The notes under the pieces: model-generated
Seen by the model: only the letters and a program-made list of their open reading frames with translations
Databases searched by the model: none
Told to the model about the DNA's origin: nothing
Assembly (NCBI GenBank): GCA_902790525.1
Contig: CADASI010000021.1
Location: 6,226-70,225 of the forward strand
From: an uncultured Eubacteriales bacterium
Lineage (GTDB): Bacteria; Bacillota; Clostridia; Christensenellales; Aristaeellaceae
Reading direction: 5' to 3'
Length of the DNA stretch: 64,000 nucleotides
In this document: positions 18,496 to 26,984 of the stretch, in pieces
Numbering within the stretch: position 1 is the stretch's first letter
How the letters are laid out: every line of letters begins with the position of its first letter
Translations under genes and position numbers: made by a program

Positions 18496-19702
18496 CTTCG
18501 CCTTCAAGAGCATGGCCACCCGAAAGGCCAAGCTGGTCATGACGGCGCTGTCCGTCGTCATCGCGGCCAGCGTGGCGCTGTTGGCCTACGACATCTCCAC
18601 CCAGGTGTCCGAGGGCATCGTGAACACCGCCGCGAAGTACGACATCATCATCGGCCCCTCAGGCAGCGCCACGCAGCTGGCGATGAACACCATGTTCTTC
18701 ACCGACAAGCCGCTGGGCACCATACCCTATTCCGTCATCGACGATCTGAACCGCTCCGGCCAGGTCAACGCCGCCATACCGTTCAGCATGGGCGACAGCT
18801 ACAACGCCGCGCCCATCGTGGGCACCGACCCGGCGCTGCTTTCGGACAAGGCGCTTTTGAAGGGCGAGATGTTCGATCAGCCAATGGAGGCCGTGGTGGG
18901 CTTCGACGTGGCGAAGACCTACAATCTCAGCCCCGGAGATCAGATCATCTCCTCCCATGGGCTGTCCCACGACGGCGCGGCCCACGCGGATCACCCGCTG
19001 ACCGTCGTCGGCGTGCTCAGGCGCACCGACACCGCCTACGACAACGCCGTGTTCACCCCCGTCTCGACCATCTGGGAACTGCATGAGCATCACGACGAGG
19101 ATCATGACGAGGACCACGACGAAGACCACGACGAAAATCACGAGGAGCACGAGGAGCACCACCACGCCGGGGCGGGCGAGATCTGCGCCGTGCTGGTGCG
19201 GTCGAAGTCCCTGTCGGACTACGCCGCGCTGATGAGCTACTACGGCGACAACACCGGCTACCTGGCCATCAACCCCAACACCGTGCTGCGGGAGGTCATG
19301 GACAACGTGGACCTGAGCCGGAGGATCGTGTACATCCTGTGCGCGGTGATACTGGTGATGAACCTGTTCGTGGTGTCCGTGATCGCGCTGCTCAACATGG
19401 TCGATTCCCGCCGCGAGATCGCCCTGATGCGGCTGATCGGCGTCAGCATGGGCAAGATCAACCGGCTGTACCTCATCCAGAACGCCCTGACCGGGCTGTG
19501 CGCCATGGCGCTGTCGCTGCTTTTGACGCACCTGTGCCTGTGGGGCATCCGGGGGTTCGTGGCGCGCATGGGCATCGTGCTCAACGCCTGGAAGATCTAT
19601 CCGCTGGAGTGGGTCATACTGCTCGCCGTGTTCGCCCTGAGCATACTGCCCACCGCCGTGCTGACGCGGCGCATGGCGAAGCGGGACAGTCTGGAAGCGT
19701 AA
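18488..19702 (+). CDS. FtsX-like (MacB-type) ABC permease with His/Asp/Glu-rich extracytoplasmic insert
   Basis: N-terminal TM, large loop, and C-terminal 3-TM FtsX module. Insert HEHHDEDHDEDHDEDHDENHEEHEEHHH at 19082-19165. Confidence 0.9.
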
Positions 19703-19704
19703 AG

Positions 19705-19865
19705 AAAGAGAGAACAGAGAACAGAGTGCAGAGTACAGTTTTGGTGGAAATCCTTGCGGATCTCTTTGATCATAGGGCTACGGTTTATCGCGTTTAATCA
19801 AACAAATCCCGGAGGGATTTGAACCAAAACTGCACTCTGTACTCTGCACTCTCCACTCTGTCGCA
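19705..19865. repeat. composite palindromic element: heptamer arms (AGAACAG/AGTGCAG/AGTACAG) plus a conserved two-hairpin core (19738-19830)
   Basis: Left and right arms are reverse complements. The core is shared with 21594-21765 and 23929-24102. Confidence 0.85.
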
Positions 19866-19877
19866 AAGGAGCATCCC

Positions 19878-20771
19878 ATGAAGAAATACCTCATCCTCTT
19901 GCTGGTACTGGCCCTCGCGTTGCTGTCGGGCTGCGGGTCAAAGGACGCGGAGGCGGCGAAGCTGAGCTTCGCGGAGTCGGCCAGCATCGAGACGATACAG
20001 AAGCTGAACGGCAAAACCGTGAGCCTGACGGGCTACATGGCCACGCTGTCGCCGCTGGAGGGCGACTACATCTACCTGATGAACCTGCCCTTCCAGAGCT
20101 GCCCCTTCTGCGTGCCCAACACCCAGCAGCTGTCCAACACCATGGCCGTGTACGCCGCCAAGGGCACGAAGTTCGACTACACCGACCGGCCCGTGAAGAT
20201 CACCGGCAGGATGGACGTGGGGCAGTATTCCGACGACTACGGCTACGAGTACAACTACCGCATTGTGGACGCGAAGTATGAGATCGTGGACCTGTCGCAG
20301 GTCTCGGAGGAGTACGCGCTGTACCAGTCGCTGGCGGAGGACGGCGTGATCGCCGACGTCAACGCCATGTTCGACTACCTGCTGTTCACCTGCGCCTGGC
20401 CGGACTACCAGGGCCAGACGACGGACGAGAACGGCATCGCCACGCCCTACTACCTGTACCCCGGCGACGCGGAGAACGTGCTTGCCGACACCGGCGCGGG
20501 GGGCTTCGCGACCCAGTCGTCGCCGGACTACTTCCCGGGGCTGATCAAGCGGGTCAGGGCCGTCGACGCGAAACGGTTCGAGGACCTCTGCGAAATCATC
20601 GCCGACGCCGCCGAGCTGGAGGCCTACGCCCGCGGGCAGCTCGCCCAGGGCCGCTATGCCTACGACGAGGCCGCCGACAAGTACACCCTCGACGAGGCCC
20701 AGGACCTCAACGACCGCTTCTATGCCATCTACGGACGCTTTTCCGAGTGGCTGACGAAATATCAACTCTAA
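19878..20771 (+). CDS. lipoprotein, N-terminal domain DUF3299-like (uncharacterised)
   Basis: Lipobox LLSGC. LNGKTVSLTGYMATLSPLEGDYIYLMNLPFQSCPFCVPN resembles the DUF3299 core as I recall it. Confidence 0.8.
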   Translation: MKKYLILLLVLALALLSGCGSKDAEAAKLSFAESASIETIQKLNGKTVSLTGYMATLSPLEGDYIYLMNLPFQSCPFCVPNTQQLSNTMAVYAAKGTKFDYTDRPVKITGRMDVGQYSDDYGYEYNYRIVDAKYEIVDLSQVSEEYALYQSLAEDGVIADVNAMFDYLLFTCAWPDYQGQTTDENGIATPYYLYPGDAENVLADTGAGGFATQSSPDYFPGLIKRVRAVDAKRFEDLCEIIADAAELEAYARGQLAQGRYAYDEAADKYTLDEAQDLNDRFYAIYGRFSEWLTKYQL

Positions 20772-20789
20772 GAGATGGAGGGATGAATC

Positions 20790-21587
20790 ATGTCCGTATT
20801 CGGCTTCATCGGCACGGGCAACATGGGCGGCGCGATGGCGACCGCCGCGCGCAAGGCCGTGCCCGGCAAGGACCTGCTGCTCTCGAACCGCACCCCGGAG
20901 AAGGCCAAAGCGCTGGCCGAAAGGCTGGACGCCCGCGCGGTGGACAACCTGACCGCGGCGCGCGAGGCGGACTACCTGTTCCTGGGGGTCAAGCCCCAGA
21001 TGATGGCGGGCATGCTCGCGTCCATCCGCGATGCACTGGCCAATAGGGAGACGCCCTGCGTGCTGGTGAGCATGGCGGCGGGGCTGACCATGCGGCGCAT
21101 CCGGGAGATGGCCGGGGCGGAGTACCCGATCATACGCATCATGCCCAACACCCCCGCGGCCGTCGGCCAGGGCATGGTGCTGTGCTGCTCCGAGGGCGTG
21201 GACGACGCGAAGCTCGATACCTTTAAAACTGCCATGGCCGGGGCGGGCATGCTGGACTTCGTGGACGAGCACCTGATCGACGCGGGCAGCGCGGTCTGCG
21301 GCTGCGGCCCGGCCTTCGCGGCGATGATGATCGAGGCCCTCGCCGACGGCGGCGTGGCCTGCGGCCTGCCCCGCGCCAAGGCCCAGGCCTACGCGGCCCA
21401 GGCCCTGCTGGGCACCGCCGCGCTGGCTCTCAAAACCGGGCAGCACCCCGGGGCTCTCAAGGACGCCGTGTGCTCCCCTGGCGGCTCCACCATACAGGGC
21501 GTGCGCGCCCTTGAGCGCGCCGGTTTCCGGTCCGCGGCGTTTGAGGCGGTAGTTTCCGCATACGAAAAGACCATAGAAATGGGGTAA
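20790..21587 (+). CDS. proC: pyrroline-5-carboxylate reductase
   Basis: FIGTGNMGGAM Rossmann motif and the C-terminal P5CR dimerisation-domain motif SPGGSTIQG. Confidence 0.9.
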   Translation: MSVFGFIGTGNMGGAMATAARKAVPGKDLLLSNRTPEKAKALAERLDARAVDNLTAAREADYLFLGVKPQMMAGMLASIRDALANRETPCVLVSMAAGLTMRRIREMAGAEYPIIRIMPNTPAAVGQGMVLCCSEGVDDAKLDTFKTAMAGAGMLDFVDEHLIDAGSAVCGCGPAFAAMMIEALADGGVACGLPRAKAQAYAAQALLGTAALALKTGQHPGALKDAVCSPGGSTIQGVRALERAGFRSAAFEAVVSAYEKTIEMG

Positions 21588-21593
21588 TAGTAT

Positions 21594-21765
21594 AATTAGG
21601 AATTTGGAATTAGGAATTAGGAATGGCGGTGCAAATCCCTGCGGGATTTGTTTGATTAAAGAACAGAATCTGATGCAGATACGATTTGCCGTAGCCTTCT
21701 GAATCAAAGAAACCCGGAGGGCTTCATCCTGAATTCCTAATTCCTAATTCCCAATTCCTAATTCA
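21594..21765. repeat. composite palindromic element: ATTAGGA heptamer arms plus the conserved two-hairpin core
   Basis: The 30-nt arms are complementary with 1 mismatch. Core: CAAATCCC TGC GGGATTTG ... CCGTAGCC ... ATCAAAG AAACCC GGA GGGCTTC. Confidence 0.85.
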
Positions 21766-21779
21766 ACCAGGAGGTGCCT

Positions 21780-22922
21780 ATGTTTGGCAAAGTATTGCTC
21801 GTGCTGTTCATCCTGCTCATCATCGCGGGTCTGGCGTGGGTGATTTGGACGCTCATCGAGGAGCGTCGGCGGCAGGCGCGGATGATGCTGCGCATGCGCA
21901 GGGACGCCGAGCGGCAGGAGCGGGCCATCGTGCGGCTGGCGGAGGGGCTGAACGCCTCGATGCGGCAGGTGAACCACCTGTCCGAGTCCATGGAGGCCCG
22001 GCAGGACCGCATGCGCCGCACGCTGGACGAGCGCATGAGCCAGATGCAGCAGTCCAACGACCAGAGTTTGGAGAAGGTGCGGCAGACCGTGTCCGACAAG
22101 CTGGACGGGCGGCTGAACGAGTCCTTCCGGCTGGTCAACGCCGAGCTGGCCAACGTGCACCGCGGCCTGGGCGAGATGCGGGAGATCACCACCGGCATGA
22201 CCGATTTGAAGAAGATGCTGGGCGGCGTGAAGACCCGCGGCGTCTGGGGCGAGGTGCAGCTTCGGGCGCTGATGGCGGAGCTGTTCGCGCCCGGCCAGTA
22301 CGTGGAGAACGTCGCCATTCCCGAGGGCAGCCAGCAGCGGGTGGAGTTCGCCCTGCGCCTGCCCACCGGCGAGGACGAGGTGCGGCTTCTGCCCATCGAC
22401 GCCAAGTTTCCCCAGGAGGACTACCTGCGCCTTGTGGAGGCGGAGGAGTCCGGCGACCGCGAGGCCGTGCGTCGGTGCGCCGCCCAGCTGGAGCGCGCGG
22501 TGCTGGAGCAGGCCCGGCGCATCCACGACAAGTACATCGACCCGCCCATGACCGCGGATTTCGCGGTGATGTTTTTGCCCACCGAGAGCCTCTACGCCGA
22601 GGTCGCCCGGCGGGAGGGGCTGATCGAGCGCACCCAGGAGAAGTACCGGGTGCTGATCTCCGGCCCCGCCACCTTCTCCGCGCTGCTCACCAGCATGCAG
22701 ATGGGCTTCCGCTCCGTGACCCTCGAAAAGCGCAGCGGCGAGGTGCTCAAGCTCCTCTCCGGCATGAAGCAGGACTTCGACCGCTTCGACGAGTCCATAC
22801 AGCGCATGCGCCAGCGCCTCGCCCAGACCGGCAGCGAGCTCGACACCCTCGAGTCCCGCGCAAGGCGGGTCGTCAACGCGATCGATCGTGTGGATAGCGA
22901 GGATGCGATGGAGGAAGAATAG
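21780..22922 (+). CDS. rmuC: DNA recombination protein RmuC
   Basis: N-terminal TM, coiled coil, then a RmuC-type C-terminal domain (..FAVMFLPTESLYAE..). AGGAGG RBS lies 6 nt before the ATG at 21780. Confidence 0.85.
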   Translation: MFGKVLLVLFILLIIAGLAWVIWTLIEERRRQARMMLRMRRDAERQERAIVRLAEGLNASMRQVNHLSESMEARQDRMRRTLDERMSQMQQSNDQSLEKVRQTVSDKLDGRLNESFRLVNAELANVHRGLGEMREITTGMTDLKKMLGGVKTRGVWGEVQLRALMAELFAPGQYVENVAIPEGSQQRVEFALRLPTGEDEVRLLPIDAKFPQEDYLRLVEAEESGDREAVRRCAAQLERAVLEQARRIHDKYIDPPMTADFAVMFLPTESLYAEVARREGLIERTQEKYRVLISGPATFSALLTSMQMGFRSVTLEKRSGEVLKLLSGMKQDFDRFDESIQRMRQRLAQTGSELDTLESRARRVVNAIDRVDSEDAMEEE

Positions 22923-23014
22923 AATTGAGAATTGAAAAATTGAGAATTGAGAATTGAGAATTAAAGCTACCAGCTGCCGCGCTAATATAATTCTCTATTC
23001 TCAATTCTCAATTA
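22923..23014. repeat. heptamer-arm palindrome (AATTGAG arms) without the conserved core
   Basis: Left arm AATTGAG x5, 26-nt loop, right arm AATTCTC/TATTCTC x3. Confidence 0.8.
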
Positions 23015-23043
23015 TTAAAACGCTTACGCAGAAGGAGTATGCT

Positions 23044-23892
23044 ATGCTTTATGACGCCGCCATAATCGGCTCAGGCCCCGCGGGGGTCTCGGCCGCGCTG
23101 AATTTGAAGATTCACGACAGGAGCCTGATATGGATCGGGAAGGGGACGCTGAGCGACAAGCTGGGGCGGGCGGAGCGCGTTTCAAATTATCCGGGGTTCA
23201 CGGACGTGTCCGGGGCCGCGCTGAGCGAGGCGTTTCTCGGCCAGGTGCGGGCCATGGGCCTCGAGATCACCGAGGCCATGGTCAATTCGATCATGCCCAT
23301 GGGCGACCGCTACGCGCTGATGGCCGGGCCGGACTTTTACGAGGCCAGGACGCTGATCCTCGCCACCGGCGTGAACCAGTCCGGCGGGCTTGAGGGCGAG
23401 GCGGACTACGTGGGCCGGGGGATAAGCTACTGCGCCACCTGCGACGGCGGACTGTACCGGGGCCGCACGATCGCGGTGCTGTGCGGCAATCCGCGCTTCG
23501 AGCACGAGGTGCGGTTCCTGGCTGGGCTGGCCGGGAAGCTGTACTTCTTCCCCTATTACAAAAACCCCGGCGTGGCCGGGGAAAACGTGGAATCGCCCGA
23601 CGCCCGCCCCGTGGCGGTGGAAGGCGACGCCCGCGTGACGGGGCTTCGGCTCAACACCGGCGGGACGCTGCCGGTGGACGGGGTGTTCTGCCTGCGCGAC
23701 GCTATCGCGCTGAACACGCTGCTGCCCGGCCTCGCCACCGAGGGGGGCCACATCGTCGTGGACCGCGCCATGGCCACCAATCTGCCCGGGGTGTTCGCCG
23801 CCGGGGACTGCACCGGGCGGCCGTACCAGTACGCCAAGGCCGTGGGGGAGGGGAATGTCGCCGCCCACAGCGCCATTGATTATCTCGGGTGA
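23044..23892 (+). CDS. thioredoxin-reductase-like flavoprotein lacking the NADPH-binding motifs
   Basis: FAD motif GSGPAG and redox CATC are present. In place of GGGDSA and HRRxxxR the sequence reads VLCGNPRFEHEV and FFPYYKNP. Confidence 0.85.
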   Translation: MLYDAAIIGSGPAGVSAALNLKIHDRSLIWIGKGTLSDKLGRAERVSNYPGFTDVSGAALSEAFLGQVRAMGLEITEAMVNSIMPMGDRYALMAGPDFYEARTLILATGVNQSGGLEGEADYVGRGISYCATCDGGLYRGRTIAVLCGNPRFEHEVRFLAGLAGKLYFFPYYKNPGVAGENVESPDARPVAVEGDARVTGLRLNTGGTLPVDGVFCLRDAIALNTLLPGLATEGGHIVVDRAMATNLPGVFAAGDCTGRPYQYAKAVGEGNVAAHSAIDYLG

Positions 23893-23895
23893 TGC

Positions 23896-23928
23896 AAAAA
23901 GCGCCGGACGCGATGTCCGGCACTTTTT
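23896..23928. terminator. bidirectional Rho-independent terminator
   Basis: AAAAA GC GCCGGAC GCGAT GTCCGGC AC TTTTT. Confidence 0.7.
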
Positions 23929-24102
23929 AGAGTGCAGAGTGGAGAGTGCAGGGTACAGTTTTGGTTCAAATCCCTCCGGGATTTGTTCTGATTGAATGGA
24001 CAATTACAGCGTTGTTTCGATTGACCGTAGCTCTGTAAATCAAAGAAATCCGCAAGGATTTCCTCCACAACTGAACTCTGAACTCTGAACTCTACACTCT
24101 GC
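23929..24102. repeat. composite palindromic element: AGAGTGC / GAGTTCA heptamer arms plus the conserved two-hairpin core
   Basis: Core: CAAATCCC TCC GGGATTTG ... CCGTAGC ... ATCAAAG AAATCC GCAA GGATTTC. Confidence 0.85.
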
Positions 24103-25500
24103 TCAGGCGTCTACCGCCCGCTGGATGTAGCGCGCGTGGTTCAGGCGGTGGAGGAAGCCCACGAACAGCATCAGCGACACGCCGCAGCACACGAAGTCCG
24201 CGATGGGCGTGGCCCACACGATGCCGTAGATTGGCAGAGGCTTGAGCAGCATGAACATCAGCGGGATGTCGAGAAGCCCCTTGCGCAGTATCGCCAGCAC
24301 GAAGGACTTGAGGCTCTCCCCGGTGGCCTGGAAGAAGGAGATGAAGGCGTAGGCGCAGGCGGAGAAGGGCCCGCCGATGCACAGTATCCTCAAAAACGCC
24401 GCGCCGTAGTCCAGCGACGGGGACTTGTGTTGTATGAACACGCCGATCATGCTGCGGCTGAACAGCAGCGAAACCGCCATCCACGCCGCCGCCAGCCCGA
24501 TGGAGATGGACGCGGACAGCGCCACCGCCCGCTTCATGCGGTGATGGTTGCTCGAAGCGAAGTTGTAGCCGATCAGCGGCAGCACGCCCTGCGACATGCC
24601 CCGCACCATGCAGTGGGCCAGCATGTTGACCTTCTTGGCCACCCCGATGCCCGCCTGGGCCATCATGCCGAAGGAGGCCATCAGTCGGTCCAGCACGGCG
24701 TAGGAGATGTTCTCGCACAGCGTCATCAGGCACGCCGGCAGCCCGGTGGACAGCACGTCCGCGGGGATCTCGTAGTCGAACGAGCGCCGGGTGGGCCTGA
24801 GCGACAGCACCGACTGCGCCCGGTTCATACGGATCACCGCCAGGAAGTACAGCGTGGCGCACAGGTTGGAGAGCATCGTTGCGATGCCCGCGCCGGCGAC
24901 CTCGTTGCCCGGCTTCAAGATCACGAACATGAAAAGCGGGTCCAGCGCGATGTTCAGCACCCCGCCCAGCGCGATGCCGAAGCCCGCCTGCACGGAGCGC
25001 CCCTCGGAGCGCACCAGGTGGCCCAGCAGCGCGTTCAAGGACGTGCCCACGCCGCCCACGATCACCGTCCAGCGCAGGTAGCGGCAGGCGTTGTCGTGCA
25101 CCAGCGCGTCCACGCCGCCCAGCGCGTCCACGTAGGGATGGATCAGCGCAAGCGCGCCCAGCGAGTAAAGCGCCGTCACGCCCACGCAGCCCCAGAACGC
25201 GAAGGCGGCGGTGTACTTCGCCTTCTTGATCTCCCCCGCGCCCAGCGCGCGGGCAATCACGCTCGCCCCGCCCACGCCGAACAGGTTCGATATGGCCGAC
25301 AGGAACATGAACGCCGGCATGCACACCGTCACCGACGTCAGCATCGCGTCGGAGCCCGTCATGCCGATGAAGAAGGTGTCCGCCATGTTGTAGATCACCA
25401 GTATGATCTGGCTGATCACCGTGGGGATCGCCAGCGTCAGCACCGCCCGCAGTATCGGATATTCCGCAAATATCCGCGTCTCCTTCGCGATGTCCCGCAT
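24103..25500 (-). CDS. MATE family efflux transporter
   Basis: 12-TM pattern. Start chosen at MRDIAKETRIFAEYPILRAVL; the ORF also opens at 25563. Confidence 0.9.
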   Translation of the reverse strand: MRDIAKETRIFAEYPILRAVLTLAIPTVISQIILVIYNMADTFFIGMTGSDAMLTSVTVCMPAFMFLSAISNLFGVGGASVIARALGAGEIKKAKYTAAFAFWGCVGVTALYSLGALALIHPYVDALGGVDALVHDNACRYLRWTVIVGGVGTSLNALLGHLVRSEGRSVQAGFGIALGGVLNIALDPLFMFVILKPGNEVAGAGIATMLSNLCATLYFLAVIRMNRAQSVLSLRPTRRSFDYEIPADVLSTGLPACLMTLCENISYAVLDRLMASFGMMAQAGIGVAKKVNMLAHCMVRGMSQGVLPLIGYNFASSNHHRMKRAVALSASISIGLAAAWMAVSLLFSRSMIGVFIQHKSPSLDYGAAFLRILCIGGPFSACAYAFISFFQATGESLKSFVLAILRKGLLDIPLMFMLLKPLPIYGIVWATPIADFVCCGVSLMLFVGFLHRLNHARYIQRAVDA

Positions 25501-25691
25501 GCGTCCCACTTCCCTTCTTCGCCGGATATGAATGATTATAAACCCGTAAACTGATAATGTCAAATTATAATATTTTTATTGCCGATCAAATATTATTATG
25601 GATGATGTTAAGATATGGCCGCTTCGGTTTGCATTCCATGCCATAATATGCTATACTCAGAGCGCATAACAACGTGAACGGAGGGCGCGGG

Positions 25692-26318
25692 ATGGCGTCG
25701 AACTACGAAAAGATGGCGGCGGGCGCGCGGGCGTACTTTCTTCAGAAGGACCAGGCGGCGATGATCGCGCGGTGGGACCTGGAGCACGACGCGGACCGCC
25801 TGTACGTGCGCTACTTTGGCGAGCGCATGGCCGTCGACCGGCACACGGGGGCGCTGATCCCGCTGGAGGGGGCGGGCGTCTACCGTTCCCCGGACGGCGT
25901 GAACGAGACCATGGCGCTGTTCGACCTGCTGGCGTATCCCGAGGGACGTCCCCGCGCCGCGGGGCGATGGGCGTCCATCAGCGCGCTGGGGGGTATCATC
26001 GGCGCGGGCCACGACCGCACGCTGAGCCACGAGGCCACCGCGGCGAAGTTCTCCGGCCGCACCGACGCGCTGCGGGCCGCCTGCGAACAGCTGGGCGGCG
26101 TGCCGCTGGGCAAGTCGGACGTGGGCTACGCCATACCGGTGTTTATGGACTTCGGCATATGGTTTCAGTTCTGGGAGGGCGACGATGAGTTCCCGGCCAA
26201 CATCAAGTACCTGTTCGACGAAAACGCCCTGCAATTCATGCACTACGAGACCCTGTGGTACGTGATGAACAGCCTGGCGGACCGGCTGGAATACTACTGC
26301 GGGAGGGTAAAGGCATGA
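25692..26318 (+). CDS. DUF3786-like hypothetical protein
   Basis: 208-aa ORF with a GGAGGG RBS. The family assignment is from memory only. Confidence 0.6.
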   Translation: MASNYEKMAAGARAYFLQKDQAAMIARWDLEHDADRLYVRYFGERMAVDRHTGALIPLEGAGVYRSPDGVNETMALFDLLAYPEGRPRAAGRWASISALGGIIGAGHDRTLSHEATAAKFSGRTDALRAACEQLGGVPLGKSDVGYAIPVFMDFGIWFQFWEGDDEFPANIKYLFDENALQFMHYETLWYVMNSLADRLEYYCGRVKA

Positions 26319-26971
26319 GGCTTGCGCGGTGCGTCGCCGTCGGCGAACCCCGCGCGGCGCTCGTGTACGTCACCGGGGCCGGGGAGGGCGACCCGCTGGA
26401 CGCGCTGCGGGGCATGACGGATGCCGGTTTTGTGTTTGCCGAAGCAGAGGTGGCGGATTGGGACCGGGACCTCTCCCCGTGGCCCGCGCCGCCGGCGTTC
26501 GGGAAGGTCCCCTTCGGCGGGCAGGCGCGCGGGACGCTGGACTGGCTCCTCTCGGAGGCGCTGCCCCGGCTCGACCCCGCGCTGCCCCGCGTCATCGGCG
26601 GCTATTCGCTGGCGGGACTGTTTGCGCTGTGGGCGCACTATGAGTGCGACGCCTTCGACGCCGTGGTCGCCGCGTCGCCCTCGGTGTGGTATCCCGGCTG
26701 GGACGCCTACGCCGACGCCCACGCGCCCCGCGGCGCGGCCTACCTGAGCCTCGGCAAGCAGGAGCCCCGGACCCGCAACCGGCAGATGGCAACCGTGGGC
26801 GACGCCATACGCCGTCAGGCCGACCGCTTTCGGGACATCCCCGCCACGCTGGCGTGGAACGAGGGCAACCACTTCGCCGAGCCCGAGGTGCGGGTGGCGA
26901 GGGGGTTTGAGTGGGCGCTGAGAACCATCGCCGGAAATGGAATCAAACGAATACAATCGACAGAAAAATGA
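26315..26971 (+). CDS. alpha/beta hydrolase, putative esterase family (Fes/IroE/BesA-like)
   Basis: Nucleophile elbow GGYSLAG and WDRDLSPWPAPP motif. ATGA start/stop overlap with the upstream gene. Confidence 0.8.
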   Translation: MRLARCVAVGEPRAALVYVTGAGEGDPLDALRGMTDAGFVFAEAEVADWDRDLSPWPAPPAFGKVPFGGQARGTLDWLLSEALPRLDPALPRVIGGYSLAGLFALWAHYECDAFDAVVAASPSVWYPGWDAYADAHAPRGAAYLSLGKQEPRTRNRQMATVGDAIRRQADRFRDIPATLAWNEGNHFAEPEVRVARGFEWALRTIAGNGIKRIQSTEK

Positions 26972-26984
26972 GGTATGGAAGTGT

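Noticed and set aside
19738-19830. The ~33-nt halves GTTTTGGTGGAAATCCTTGCGGATCTCTTTGAT and GTTTTGGTTCAAATCCCTCCGGGATTTGTTTGAT look like CRISPR repeats flanking a spacer.
   Set aside because: The two halves are inverted rather than direct. There is only one pair per locus and no regular repeat-spacer periodicity. No cas genes or leader are present in the window. The same layout recurs as a dispersed element.
21780-22922. RmuC as a hint of a defence island.
   Set aside because: It is a single housekeeping-type rmuC between proC and a TrxR-like gene. No neighbouring nuclease, methylase, helicase or other defence-associated genes are present.
23961-23980. GGTTCAAATCC resembles a tRNA T-arm/T-loop.
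   Set aside because: The flanking bases cannot form the T-stem (TTTGG versus CCCTC). No acceptor, D or anticodon arms can be drawn. The motif is half of the CAAATCCC/GGGATTTG hairpin of the repeat core.
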